From a virus (Duplodnaviria > Caudoviricetes), in IMG/VR virus record IMGVR_UViG_3300002301_000036, positions 1-38,766 of that record: DNA of 38,766 bases. The stretch is one strand, 5' to 3'. Positions 1 through 8,894 of the stretch are shown here, piece after piece. The first letter of the stretch is position 1. Every line of letters starts with the position of its first letter. Below the pieces are notes generated by a model. It had not been told where the DNA came from. It was given only the letters and a program-made list of their open reading frames with translations, and did not search any database. The position numbers were made by a program, and so were the translations under genes.

Positions 1-6
1 TAGAAG

Positions 7-291
7 ATGAGTAACTACGACTTCCTAACATCTAGTCGCATATTACCCAAGTTAATCAGTTATTTTGTATTAAACCCCAATACTGAAACGAGCTATAGGG
101 CGTTAATGAGAGAGATTAACGAGGATGGCGGAGCTTCTTGGAAGCACACAAAACGATTAGTTGCTGTTGGTCTAGTAAGTAAGAATAACAAAAAATATTC
201 ACTCAATAAAAGTTTCAGTATTGTTCCGGAGTTGACTAGTATATTCGCCCCCACCCCTAATAAACTAAAAGCATTGGAGGACTCTAAGTGA
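7..291 (+). CDS. winged helix-turn-helix (ArsR-like) DNA-binding protein
   Basis: Pattern LISYFVLNPNTETSYRALMREI...LVAVGLV...KYSLN...PELTSIF resembles the wHTH found in HTH/nucleotidyltransferase-type regulators; start is at the window edge. Confidence 0.6.
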   Translation: MSNYDFLTSSRILPKLISYFVLNPNTETSYRALMREINEDGGASWKHTKRLVAVGLVSKNNKKYSLNKSFSIVPELTSIFAPTPNKLKALEDSK

Positions 292-818
292 GTAACTGGA
301 TATTTGTAGATGTTGAAGCAGTGGGCGTGAGTCCTGTAAGTGGCACAATGACTGAGTTTGGGGCGGTTCACGAGGGTAGCCGTCAAACCTTTCACGGCGT
401 TTTATATGAGGGCAGGCCAAACCCTGATAACCCTGCTGTGCCGATTGTTGGCAAGCAAGTACATACTGACGAAGAAGTTGCGGAAGTGTTTTGTGTCTGG
501 CTAGACAAGGTGGGCGGCAAAGAACGCCCGATATTTGTTAGTGATAATCCCGCCTACGATTTTATGTGGCTGGCAGGGATGTTTGACAAAGCTCATATGA
601 ACAATCCGTTTGGACACTCAGGACGGCGTATAAGCGACTTCTGGGCTGGATTACAGCATAACTGGGGCGATACCCAGAGCTGGAAACGCTACCGCCAAAC
701 CACCCACGACCACAACCCAGTAAATGATGCTATGGGAAACGTTGAAGCCTTCCAAGAAATTAAGAAACTAGCCAAATCATTAAGGCTAGCCCCTGAGTCT
801 TTAGAGGCTGACAAATGA
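288..818 (+). CDS. DEDDh 3'-5' exonuclease/exoribonuclease (Rv2179c/RNase AS-like)
   Basis: ExoI FVDVE, ExoII SDNPAYD, NPFGHS, ExoIII HNPVNDA; GTG start overlapping the upstream stop with GGAGG SD. Confidence 0.85.
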   Translation: MSNWIFVDVEAVGVSPVSGTMTEFGAVHEGSRQTFHGVLYEGRPNPDNPAVPIVGKQVHTDEEVAEVFCVWLDKVGGKERPIFVSDNPAYDFMWLAGMFDKAHMNNPFGHSGRRISDFWAGLQHNWGDTQSWKRYRQTTHDHNPVNDAMGNVEAFQEIKKLAKSLRLAPESLEADK

Positions 819-1245
819 AACAACCGATAATCAACATAGACGCTAAACCTGATTGGCAGACTTACTACGACCCCAAACTTGTAGGTAAGTATATGATTGA
901 GCATGATAGGTGGGTGGCGCAGAACTATAACTTTGGCGAGCTGATTGAGTTTAAGCCCGGTATGATGATAATCCCGCCGCCCACTCCAAGCCTAGAAGGT
1001 TTTCTTAAATGGTGTGCTGGGGAGTCTTTAGAGGCTAGAGATGAATAGGCCATATTTTAACCGGAATGAAATTGTCCTAGATACTTACTGGCGGATGCCG
1101 GTGGGGATTTTAAGACAGTGGTATGACGATACTTCTGCCTATAAACACGGTTGGTATTACGACGTTGAAGTTGCTGACGGCGAAAACGTAGGCTTAAAAT
1201 ATACCGCTCACGAAGAAGCCTTTGCCCCTGGGAAGTCTTTAGAGG
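795..1245 (+). repeat. three copies of (G)AGTCTTTAGAGG(CT) at gene 3' ends (795-809, 1022-1036, 1234-1245)
   Basis: 15-bp identity between copies 1 and 2; 12-bp core in copy 3; each encodes SLE near a C-terminus and contains GAGG. Confidence 0.85.
815..1048 (+). CDS. hypothetical phage protein (C-terminal PSLEGFLKW motif)
   Basis: ATGA coupling, SD GAGG; motif shared with 1518..1703. Confidence 0.75.
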   Translation: MKQPIINIDAKPDWQTYYDPKLVGKYMIEHDRWVAQNYNFGELIEFKPGMMIIPPPTPSLEGFLKWCAGESLEARDE

Positions 1246-1274
1246 AGAATAATAAGCCGGAAGGAGAAAAGTAA
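1041..1274 (+). CDS. hypothetical protein, possible SH3/KOW-like beta-barrel
   Basis: Coupled ORF with SD; beta-rich pattern EIVLD...VGIL...WYYDVEV...YTAHEEAF. Confidence 0.65.
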   Translation: MNRPYFNRNEIVLDTYWRMPVGILRQWYDDTSAYKHGWYYDVEVADGENVGLKYTAHEEAFAPGKSLEENNKPEGEK

Positions 1275-1525
1275 TGGCTAAGAGCTTGAGAGAAGAGATT
1301 ATGCGAATTATGTCTAAAAAATATGGGCATTCAAGTAGTGCTACCGCCGACTCCATCATCGCACTAATAAAAGAAAAGGTGGATGTAATTGACCCTCTAA
1401 AAATTAATAGGGGTAACGATTTATATTCTGGCAAGCCAGCTCCGTATTCTGAGGGCTACCGAGACGGAATGAACCACGCCAAAAACTTTTTTAGAGCCAT
1501 ACTAGATGAGGCTGATAATGGGTAG
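1274..1525 (+). CDS. hypothetical phage protein
   Basis: AAGGAG SD, TAATG coupling; YSEGYRDGMNHA resembles a common phage small-protein motif. Confidence 0.75.
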   Translation: MAKSLREEIMRIMSKKYGHSSSATADSIIALIKEKVDVIDPLKINRGNDLYSGKPAPYSEGYRDGMNHAKNFFRAILDEADNG

Positions 1526-1703
1526 TCTTTGGAAACAGGAGCTTATACTTTTGTGGCATGGGTTTTTGATAGATTGGTACGACAGCACCACCCCCAAAAA
1601 GCAGGATAATGGTAAATTAGTTGAGCCAACCCTAGCGGAGTTTATGTCGTGGCTTGTTGCTGGCCTACCCAAGAAACCAATTAAAAAGAAGGAGTCAAAA
1701 TGA
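1518..1703 (+). CDS. hypothetical phage protein (PTLAEFMSW motif)
   Basis: ORF 1506..1703; ATG 1518 follows GAGG SD. Confidence 0.7.
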   Translation: MGSLWKQELILLWHGFLIDWYDSTTPKKQDNGKLVEPTLAEFMSWLVAGLPKKPIKKKESK

Positions 1704-2026
1704 AAGCAAAACGAGTAACGATTGACGGCGGTTTGTACGAGTTAATACCAAGTCAAATAGAGCCTGATGGAACTTATACCCTCCGCCCCATTCAGTCTGA
1801 AGAAGTAAAAGAGTACGAACTTAATTTTGGTAATTGGGAGGGGATTTTTAAGTTTCTTTTGGACAAAACCTACGAACTCACTGAAGCCGAAGCTAAACTT
1901 GTGGCGGAGGCGATAGAAAGTTTTATGGAACTTCTATTTTTGAGACACCCGATGGACTTCTATAATGGGCCGTGCGGAAAAGCCGCCGCCAAAGCAATAT
2001 CCCTAATCCAAAAGAGGCTGGGGTGA
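1700..2026 (+). CDS. hypothetical phage protein
   Basis: AAGGAG SD, ATGA overlap. Confidence 0.75.
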   Translation: MKAKRVTIDGGLYELIPSQIEPDGTYTLRPIQSEEVKEYELNFGNWEGIFKFLLDKTYELTEAEAKLVAEAIESFMELLFLRHPMDFYNGPCGKAAAKAISLIQKRLG

Positions 2027-2226
2027 TGTTTTACGATGAAGTTAGTAAGTGGCCAGAGTTGGATTATTTACCAGATGGCAAAGTAAGGGCTAAAAGGTGG
2101 TGGTGGCCACCCGACCGCAAAAAAGCCAAGCTATTAACGGTTGTTATCAACTCTCCGTCATTTAAGAAAAATATAAAGTTTGAATTTACACCCCCAGCTA
2201 AACATAAGGAGGATCTAGGTGTTTGA
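2026..2226 (+). CDS. hypothetical protein
   Basis: ORF 1972..2226; likely start ATG 2026 (TGATG coupling, GAGG/GGGG SD). Confidence 0.55.
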   Translation: MFYDEVSKWPELDYLPDGKVRAKRWWWPPDRKKAKLLTVVINSPSFKKNIKFEFTPPAKHKEDLGV

Positions 2227-2422
2227 CTTCAAATACAAGATGGCTGGCAAAAGAATGTATTTTTGGCTTATTCCTAAACATACACAAAACATGATTAACT
2301 GGAGCCTACCCGCTCCCAAGCCCAAAAAGAAGAAGGTTAGGTAGTATGAGATTTATTTGCTGGCTTCTTGGCAAAACAATCTTCCGCAACGGTTTTGGTA
2401 ATGATATTACATGGTGGGGTTT

Positions 2423-2560
2423 ATGAGCCATAAGCGTAAAAAGACCTGCGTTCTCTGTTTGACCAAGTGGATTATCGAGTGGGAAGACCGTGTGCCATTT
2501 CTGGAATTTATAACCTGTCCTAACTGCCGTGTGATAAAATCTAAAAAGGAGAAAAATTAA
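2423..2560 (+). CDS. small zinc-ribbon protein (45 aa)
   Basis: Manual translation MSHKRKKTCVLC...ITCPNCRVIKSKKEKN, two CxxC pairs; below the ORF-track cutoff. Confidence 0.55.
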   Translation: MSHKRKKTCVLCLTKWIIEWEDRVPFLEFITCPNCRVIKSKKEKN

Positions 2561-2589
2561 CCGAATTCTAACAGCGACCGTCGGGGACT

Positions 2590-2841
2590 TTGCCTAAATT
2601 AACTACACTAGACCTACAAACATTCGCCTTCTTCCAAGACCTTCCGACTAAGGAAGAACTGCTTAAAGCTCGTAGAGAGCGTTCTGAGCGAGATTACGCC
2701 AAATTCGTAGCTTCTTGCCAGAAAATAAAGAAACACGCCTTAAGCCTACCCAAGTATCTACTGGTAGGTTATTTGTTTATTCTGATAGGTGGATGGTATC
2801 TAGGACATTGGGTGCATCGTCTAATATCTCAGATTCCATAA
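2590..2841 (+). CDS. hypothetical membrane protein
   Basis: TTG start after GGGGA; C-terminal hydrophobic segment YLLVGYLFILIGGWYLG. Confidence 0.55.
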   Translation: MPKLTTLDLQTFAFFQDLPTKEELLKARRERSERDYAKFVASCQKIKKHALSLPKYLLVGYLFILIGGWYLGHWVHRLISQIP

Positions 2842-3043
2842 AATCATTAAATATCTGGTCTACGTCTGAACTAACCACATAACCTGATTCAGTTAGTTTG
2901 GATTTTACGGCTGTAACGATTGCAGAAGCTGCTAGGGAGCGTTCGAAGTCGATTAAGAGTAGAAGTTCACCTGAAGCCCTATCAGCTGGTACTTCGCCGG
3001 AAGTTAGTCTTAAAGCTACCGATTCTACGATTGTTCGAGCCAT
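2777..3043 (-). CDS. hypothetical protein, last gene of the lysis operon
   Basis: Follows the holin by 2 nt on the same strand. Confidence 0.6.
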   Translation of the reverse strand: MARTIVESVALRLTSGEVPADRASGELLLLIDFERSLAASAIVTAVKSKLTESGYVVSSDVDQIFNDFMESEILDDAPNVLDTIHLSE

Positions 3044-3045
3044 GT

Positions 3046-3237
3046 CTAAGTATTAGGAATGTTTTTATTAAGTAGGTCTACGAGAGTCTTTAGGGCGAAA
3101 TAAACGACTCCTCCCTTAGCTACCCAACTAGCATTAGCGTTGTTTAGTAGGTCAGTTAGTCCAGCTGCTACTGCGACCACAACTGCACGTTCTACTGCTT
3201 TAGCCCAAACTGTTTTAAATACTGGTAGATTAAACAT
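3046..3237 (-). CDS. holin (r1t-holin-like)
   Basis: WAKAVERAVVVAVAA resembles the r1t holin N-terminus; two hydrophobic segments; ATG 3237 after AAGGA. Confidence 0.6.
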   Translation of the reverse strand: MFNLPVFKTVWAKAVERAVVVAVAAGLTDLLNNANASWVAKGGVVYFALKTLVDLLNKNIPNT

Positions 3238-3248
3238 ATGATTCCTTT

Positions 3249-3989
3249 TTACTTTACGTTTCTTAACGTCCAAAAATCTGAACTTAGTTTAGCATTAATT
3301 AGATATTTATATGGTATATAACAGTAGCCCTTATCGCCCCAAGACTCACTCCAACTATTTCTTACAATAAACCACTCTTTAGAGTCATCATATCCAACAA
3401 CCATTAAGGCATGGCCACCTAGTAGTTTTTCAGCCTTTTTGGGCATCGGTATAATTCCTGTCTGAGCGACCGTAGAAGTCTCAAAACTTTCATAAACCGA
3501 GATTCCAATAACAAACGGAAAGCCTTCGCTTAAACAGCCCTTAAACTCATTCAGACTCCGTTTTATACTCAGGTAAGACAATGCTTCATAGTTTACGGCC
3601 TCGGCGTATAAAGTCGGTGTGGGTTTATCGGTAAATTTACTGATGTCATATGGCCATTGAACCTCTGGCACAGTTCCTTGATTCTTTACAGTTTTGGCTG
3701 ACTCTCTGATTGAAGCTCCCGAATCTGAATCGACTGTATTTTGGGAAGCTCGCTCATTATAATAGATAAATAAACGACTAGGGTTAATTGTGGATTCGCC
3801 TTGTTTCTTGCGGTTGAAGTCTAAATGTCCAGCAATCGCGTTGGCCGTACAACTCCCCAACTGCCCTTGGTCATAAATTGGAGTATCTTGGGGTCTTAAA
3901 TCAACACTTAGAGGTATCCTGGCGGGAGCTTGATATATCTTATCTCGTTGGTCAGGATTGTCTGCCCTCCAGCCGTAAAAATGTTTCAT
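3249..3989 (-). CDS. papain-family (C1A) cysteine peptidase, xylellain-like
   Basis: DQGQLGSCTANA (oxyanion Gln, catalytic Cys), GGHALMVVGYD (His), RNSWSESWGDKGY (Asn). Confidence 0.92.
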   Translation of the reverse strand: MKHFYGWRADNPDQRDKIYQAPARIPLSVDLRPQDTPIYDQGQLGSCTANAIAGHLDFNRKKQGESTINPSRLFIYYNERASQNTVDSDSGASIRESAKTVKNQGTVPEVQWPYDISKFTDKPTPTLYAEAVNYEALSYLSIKRSLNEFKGCLSEGFPFVIGISVYESFETSTVAQTGIIPMPKKAEKLLGGHALMVVGYDDSKEWFIVRNSWSESWGDKGYCYIPYKYLINAKLSSDFWTLRNVK

Positions 3990-4438
3990 CCTTTGTAAAC
4001 TGCCTTTGCTTGAGGTTTAATCGGCGTATAAGCCGCCCATTGGTCTATTTTGCCGTAAACGCTAGAGGGTTTAATCATACCATCATAACTATCTACAATA
4101 TTTACTACACCCTTAACTACTGAATGAACTAAACAAAAATGCGTTCCCCATGAGGGATTTAAACGCACAATCGCCCAAGTAGAAGTTGTAACAGGTAAAG
4201 AGTGAATCGACACAGCGAAAGGCCTATAGGCACAAACACTTTCCCAGCCCAGTTCATCGCCGATATAAATCCCACGCCCTTTAAACCACTCGTTAAGAGC
4301 TTCTGGGTTAACTCTAAATTTTTCTGCTACTAAAATTAAATTACAAAATGCTGTTAAAAGACAACCGACTTCTGCAATTGTTTCATTAGAACTGTCAATA
4401 AACTCAGGATAGTTCTTTTGAGCGTAGTAGGGTGTCAT
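3986..4438 (-). CDS. C39-like cysteine peptidase, putative endolysin
   Basis: YYAQ...TIAEVGCLLTA (Cys), NPEALNEW, THFCLV (His), IVDSYDG (Asp); lies between holin-like genes. Confidence 0.75.
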   Translation of the reverse strand: MTPYYAQKNYPEFIDSSNETIAEVGCLLTAFCNLILVAEKFRVNPEALNEWFKGRGIYIGDELGWESVCAYRPFAVSIHSLPVTTSTWAIVRLNPSWGTHFCLVHSVVKGVVNIVDSYDGMIKPSSVYGKIDQWAAYTPIKPQAKAVYKG

Positions 4439-4671
4439 TTCTGCCTCGTTGCACTAATCCAACCTACGATTATCACGCAAACTGTTAAAAATGTACCAGT
4501 AATCCACATTAGGGCTTGTTTGCCACCGGTGAGATTATCTAAGATACTTTTTATATCCTGGGTAGCTTTAGTATTAGCTTTCATATCTGCCTGTATAGCA
4601 GCTATAGCTATAGTCATTTCTTTTTGACGGTCTTCAACTCTGATTAAGCGAGTGGTTTCGGAAGAAGTCAT
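4435..4671 (-). CDS. holin-like/XhlA-like membrane protein
   Basis: N-terminal coiled coil RLIRVED..., single C-terminal TM helix; position in the lysis cassette. Confidence 0.6.
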   Translation of the reverse strand: MTSSETTRLIRVEDRQKEMTIAIAAIQADMKANTKATQDIKSILDNLTGGKQALMWITGTFLTVCVIIVGWISATRQK

Positions 4672-5831
4672 TAGTAATTATTAGCTCCTGTTTGGCCTGC
4701 ACTCTTAATAATATTTCCACTAACTCCAGACTTGGTCTTGTTGCCGAAAATAACCACATCGTTAGAGGCTGAATTGGTGTTAATAGCGTATTTCATTAGA
4801 ACTGTACCTCGGGTATCAAGGATTTTATTATTAGTGATAAACAAATCTGTGCCTGAAGTGATTAGGATACCGCTATAAGTATTAGAGACTGAGCTAGGGT
4901 TCTCGATATGATTTCCTGAGATTTCGCCATTGCTGAGAGTATTTGAGTTAATACTGCCGTTGTTCTCCATGTAGATGCCGTGCATGGTGGGAGCATAGAT
5001 ACGATTATTTTTAATCTCAAACCTCGTCATATAGCCATTGGTGAAAATACCATAGCCCGTCGGTGAATCTATATAATTGCCGCAACACTCAATATCTAAA
5101 AGAGTGCCAGCTAGATAAATACCATTCTCGGGCGAACCCTGGATGAAATTATTATTAACCCTATCTCCATAAGAGTTAGAGACTTCTCCTTGGTTTTCGT
5201 AGACGATAATATCATTTCCAATTACCCAATTATCTTCTACTCGACAGTCGGCGTGAGTCGGGTCAATACATATACCATCCCAAGTAATCGTGCCAGAAGA
5301 ATTATCTTCGACTCGATTGTGATGTATCCAGATACCAGTCGCTCTAGTAGTTAAAACCCCAATTACATAAATTCCATTCGTAAAACAGTCATGGACATAA
5401 TTAAAGTAAATCTCTGTATCTACACCATCCGATTCAATTCCGTTATCGGCTGAGGCATAAACCTCGCAATTATAAATTGCGATTCGATTACTGCCAGTTA
5501 AAGCATAGATTCCACAAGCCCCCCTTGCGGTTGTTCCAGTAGCATTTCCGTTAACCGTTAAGTTGCTTATCGATGAATCATTACCACTAAAAGTCACCGC
5601 TCCGAAAGTCGGGTTAGCTGTCGGTTTTATAACTGTTGCCCCGATGCCATTTCCAATAACATGTACGTTCGTAGGAACTGTTAGAGAAGCAGAGATTAAG
5701 GCAGTGCCGGTAGGAATATAAACTATTCCCGTTGAAGCTGCTAGAGCTGTATTAATAGCTGTGGTATCGTCCGTAATCCCATCTAAGGCTGCATTGTACG
5801 GAGCATCAGTGACATTGATATAGGAACTCAT
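4671..5831 (-). CDS. right-handed beta-helix tailspike/depolymerase (pectate lyase 3-like N-terminus)
   Basis: INVTDAPYNAALDGITDDTTAINTAL, VYIPTG, repeated I-x-x-N and NGI beta-helix rungs. Confidence 0.85.
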   Translation of the reverse strand: MSSYINVTDAPYNAALDGITDDTTAINTALAASTGIVYIPTGTALISASLTVPTNVHVIGNGIGATVIKPTANPTFGAVTFSGNDSSISNLTVNGNATGTTARGACGIYALTGSNRIAIYNCEVYASADNGIESDGVDTEIYFNYVHDCFTNGIYVIGVLTTRATGIWIHHNRVEDNSSGTITWDGICIDPTHADCRVEDNWVIGNDIIVYENQGEVSNSYGDRVNNNFIQGSPENGIYLAGTLLDIECCGNYIDSPTGYGIFTNGYMTRFEIKNNRIYAPTMHGIYMENNGSINSNTLSNGEISGNHIENPSSVSNTYSGILITSGTDLFITNNKILDTRGTVLMKYAINTNSASNDVVIFGNKTKSGVSGNIIKSAGQTGANNY

Positions 5832-6019
5832 TTAATTCCCAGATGTTTATGGATTTTTAATAGATGGTTCTTAACTTCATTGTGTCTAGCTATTGAGCGT
5901 TTCTCAAAGGCTTTTCCCCACAAGAAAGCTAGGGGAGCTACCACAGCTCCAGCTACCCAATTCGGCCAAACTGGAACCCATATATCTTCATAAAGCCAAT
6001 GATGGATAAATTGATACAT
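5828..6019 (-). CDS. small membrane protein
   Basis: WVPVWPNWVAGAVVAPLAFLW hydrophobic segment; coupled on both sides. Confidence 0.7.
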   Translation of the reverse strand: MYQFIHHWLYEDIWVPVWPNWVAGAVVAPLAFLWGKAFEKRSIARHNEVKNHLLKIHKHLGIK

Positions 6020-6213
6020 TAAAGCTTTCCTGCCTTCCTCATTTTCTGAAAAATCGCTCCAGCTACTCGCTTACCAGCTGATTCAGAACCATATTCCTTG
6101 TCAGCTTTATTGGCAATCTTGGAAAAATTTTTACCTTTTTTGCCCATATCTTTTCCTTTGTGAGCTTGTTTAGCTGCTTGGGATTTAGTCATCAAATCTT
6201 TAATTTTTGTCAT
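6019..6213 (-). CDS. small basic protein, possible capsid-internal protein
   Basis: Lys-rich 64 aa, AAGGAG SD, N-terminal MTKIKDLM. Confidence 0.75.
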   Translation of the reverse strand: MTKIKDLMTKSQAAKQAHKGKDMGKKGKNFSKIANKADKEYGSESAGKRVAGAIFQKMRKAGKL

Positions 6214-6437
6214 TTCTTTATTAACTCCTTAACTTTGGATACATCTGGATGTGGTACAGCCTTAATTTCCAGAATCTCAAAACTACCATGCACTCCGTCT
6301 TTGTCTTCGGTCTTACTCAACATTTTACATTTATAAAGTGCGTAATAAGTATCGCCAACATCGTAATCTTTCAGACTTTTCAGGTCACTGGCATCTAGGT
6401 AAACATGAGGCTTGGAATCAATTTCGGCTATTTTCAT
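6210..6437 (-). CDS. hypothetical protein, possible OB-like beta fold
   Basis: Coupled ORF; LKDYDVGDTY pattern. Confidence 0.7.
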   Translation of the reverse strand: MKIAEIDSKPHVYLDASDLKSLKDYDVGDTYYALYKCKMLSKTEDKDGVHGSFEILEIKAVPHPDVSKVKELIKK

Positions 6438-6694
6438 TTTTTCTTATTAATCCAACTTTTCAATTTAGCGTGTTTTTTGTCTATCTGCTTATCAGCCTTT
6501 TCAGCTTCTTTCTGGGCTTGTTTAGAATCAACCGTGTGCAGTTTTTCAATTGCGACTAACAGAGGGTCATGGTGGCCAGTTAAATGGTTCAGATTGTGTT
6601 TAATTGACCCCAACGTGTGTTCTTTGCGGAGCTTGGCATCCGCATGAGTGGGGGGTAGGTCTGCTTTAAGTAAGTCTTTAACTTTATATTTCAT
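6434..6694 (-). CDS. small basic His/Lys-rich protein
   Basis: First gene after leader element 1; N-terminal MKYKVKDLLK. Confidence 0.7.
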   Translation of the reverse strand: MKYKVKDLLKADLPPTHADAKLRKEHTLGSIKHNLNHLTGHHDPLLVAIEKLHTVDSKQAQKEAEKADKQIDKKHAKLKSWINKKK

Positions 6695-6743
6695 AAAAAA
6701 TAGCCCCTTTCGGGGGCTAGAATAGTTGCCTGATTTGATTATA
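6695..6743 (-). promoter_or_regulatory. late promoter-leader-terminator element, copy 1
   Basis: TATAAT caaatc AGGCA actattc TAGCCCC cgaaa GGGGCTA TTTTTT ATG. Confidence 0.9.
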
Positions 6744-6846
6744 TACTAATCAATTTTCTATATCTAGCATTTTCAATATTATGACACGTTTTGCAGCGGC
6801 GATACGTTTTACCATTACTGTAGTGTTTGTAACCTGTATTCCGAAC

Positions 6847-6855
6847 TGCTATAAT
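6847..6855 (+). promoter_or_regulatory. extended -10 promoter of groES-groEL
   Basis: TGcTATAAT 9 nt upstream of ATG 6865 (near-leaderless). Confidence 0.7.
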
Positions 6856-6864
6856 GCGGTCAAG

Positions 6865-7119
6865 ATGTTGGTTCCGATTAACGATTGTGTCTTGGTCGAG
6901 TTAATTGATGAATTAGAGCATGTGGACACACCCGATAAGCCTTATTCAACTAAAACCAGAGGTATTGTTAGGGCTATCGTGACGGGTGATGCCAGTGCCA
7001 AGCGAGTCATGTCTAAGCTAGTATTTTTTGAAGATTTTAAAGATGGCACCCAGGTCGAACAAGATGGCAAAAAGTACGCTTTTATTAAATATAGCGAGAT
7101 AAGAGGCTATCATGAGTAA
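6865..7119 (+). CDS. groES: co-chaperonin GroES-like
   Basis: LVPINDCVLVE, RGIVRAI, GTQVEQDGKKYAFIKYSEIRG match the GroES pattern; precedes groEL; start moved from 6781 to 6865. Confidence 0.85.
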   Translation: MLVPINDCVLVELIDELEHVDTPDKPYSTKTRGIVRAIVTGDASAKRVMSKLVFFEDFKDGTQVEQDGKKYAFIKYSEIRGYHE

Positions 7120-8671
7120 ACTGTCTCGTAAATTAACTTACGGAGCTGAATGGCAGGCTAAAAAAGACCAGGGTATTGAAGAGGCTTATACTCTGGCTAA
7201 AGAAGGTTACGGCCCTGGGGCTGGTAATGCCATGATTGAATTAAATTATGGCTATCCCCTGTCCTCTAGAGATGGCGTAACCAATCTCAGAAAACTATAT
7301 TTGGAAGACGGCGATGCCAACATGGTAGCCCGTACAATTGTGCAGGCCTCAGAGAAAAACAATAAATTAGTCGGCGACGGTACAACTGGTGTTGTAATTC
7401 TTGCCTATCATTTATACAAGGAGGCTATGAAGTTAGTCGGTACAGGTCACAATAAGATGGTCGTAGCCAAAATGCTGGAACAGACTGCTAGTGAAGTTAT
7501 TAAAGCAATCGACAATATGAAGATTGAGACCACTCCCGACTTATCCAGATTTGTAGCCAAAGTCTCGGCTTCTGACGAAGCGATTGGCGACATGATAGCC
7601 GATGTTATCGAGAGAGTTGGTTTAGACGGCAATATTATCGTAGAAGAATTTGATGGCATCGGCTCTTATGACGAAGAGGTAGATGGTTTTTACTTCCGAA
7701 AAGGCTTTACCAACGAATTTCTGGTTAATAACCTAACCGCCTTAGAATCTCGTATGCAGGACGTTGATATTTTAATTACCGAAAAAACTCTTAAAAATGG
7801 CTCGGATATTGCTCCAATCTTGAATTCAATTATTGCCAAAACTGGCAAAGGCCACGAACTATTGATTATCGGCGATGTGTCGGACGAGGCACTGGCTACG
7901 CTGGCTCTCAACAAAGTTAACGGCAATATCTCGGTTACTCTCGTAGACGTGCCTGTTCATGGGCCAATGCGAAGCTTATTCTTAGAGGATATAGCCATTA
8001 CTACGGGGGGCAAAGTATTTCCAACAGGGGCTAACGCTTCTTCCTTTACAACTGAAATGCTTGGTGAAGCCGACAAAGTTATTATTAATACTTTCTCGAC
8101 TACTATTATCGGCGGTAAGGGTTCAGATGAGGATTTAAGAACACGGATTGCAGATTTAAGAAGCCAACTAAAGAAAGCCGAAAGCTTGACTGACAAAGAA
8201 GAAATCCGTAAAAGGCTGAGTGCTTTGACAGGCAAGATAGCGATTGTCCATGTTGGAGCACCTACCGAGATAGATAGAGGCGAAGTTCAATTACGGGTCG
8301 AGGACGCTATTGCAGCCACCCAGAGTGCTATCCGAGATGGTATCGTGCCTGGCGGTGGTGTGTGTTTAGCTAGATTAGCCCCCGAGAACTTTACAGATGC
8401 CTTCACTGCCCCCCTACAAGTCCTAGTAGAAAATGCAGGCTTTAACCCAAAACAAGCCCTGTTCAAGGTTCTAGAGAGTGACAATATCTGGCTAGGCTTT
8501 GATTTAAAGAACGGATTCAATTATGTGCCTGTGGATTTACTAAAGGCAGGTATTATCGACCCCGCTGAGGTTATCAAGGAATCAGTCCGTAATGCCGTGT
8601 CAGTAGTTTCGACTTTAATTAAAAGCTCGGTCGGTATAACCTTTGTGGACAGGGATATGAAAAGTGACTAA
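7112..8671 (+). CDS. groEL: phage-encoded chaperonin GroEL-like
   Basis: YGPGAGN, SRDGVT, VGDGTTG, LEDIAITTGG, RVEDAIAAT, GIVPGGG, GIIDPAEV. Confidence 0.95.
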   Translation: MSKLSRKLTYGAEWQAKKDQGIEEAYTLAKEGYGPGAGNAMIELNYGYPLSSRDGVTNLRKLYLEDGDANMVARTIVQASEKNNKLVGDGTTGVVILAYHLYKEAMKLVGTGHNKMVVAKMLEQTASEVIKAIDNMKIETTPDLSRFVAKVSASDEAIGDMIADVIERVGLDGNIIVEEFDGIGSYDEEVDGFYFRKGFTNEFLVNNLTALESRMQDVDILITEKTLKNGSDIAPILNSIIAKTGKGHELLIIGDVSDEALATLALNKVNGNISVTLVDVPVHGPMRSLFLEDIAITTGGKVFPTGANASSFTTEMLGEADKVIINTFSTTIIGGKGSDEDLRTRIADLRSQLKKAESLTDKEEIRKRLSALTGKIAIVHVGAPTEIDRGEVQLRVEDAIAATQSAIRDGIVPGGGVCLARLAPENFTDAFTAPLQVLVENAGFNPKQALFKVLESDNIWLGFDLKNGFNYVPVDLLKAGIIDPAEVIKESVRNAVSVVSTLIKSSVGITFVDRDMKSD

Positions 8672-8894
8672 TAAGTATAGGGTATACTACTATTTCTGGG
8701 TTAATGAGGGTGACCCATTAGTTGAAAACAAACCCTCTAAGTTATTTATTCGCACTACTAAACATAGATTCATGCAACCAGTCGTGGCCTATAACACGAC
8801 TCCCTTGACTCAAGTTATAAATAATTTGAAAAAATATGGTTATTATAATATCAGACAGGTTGACGACAAGTTAGATAAAGACCCATATGATTAA
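8664..8894 (+). CDS. hypothetical protein
   Basis: GTG start overlapping the groEL end. Confidence 0.6.
   Translation: MTNKYRVYYYFWVNEGDPLVENKPSKLFIRTTKHRFMQPVVAYNTTPLTQVINNLKKYGYYNIRQVDDKLDKDPYD

Noticed and set aside
6750-6864. CIRCE operator and N-terminal extension of GroES from 6781
   Set aside because: No TTAGCACTC-N9-GAGTGCTAA; GroES homology and the promoter place the start at 6865
7447-8520. Four minus-strand ORFs inside groEL, and similar shadow ORFs opposite MCP, portal, scaffold and terminase
   Set aside because: Antisense shadows of well-supported genes with no initiation signals
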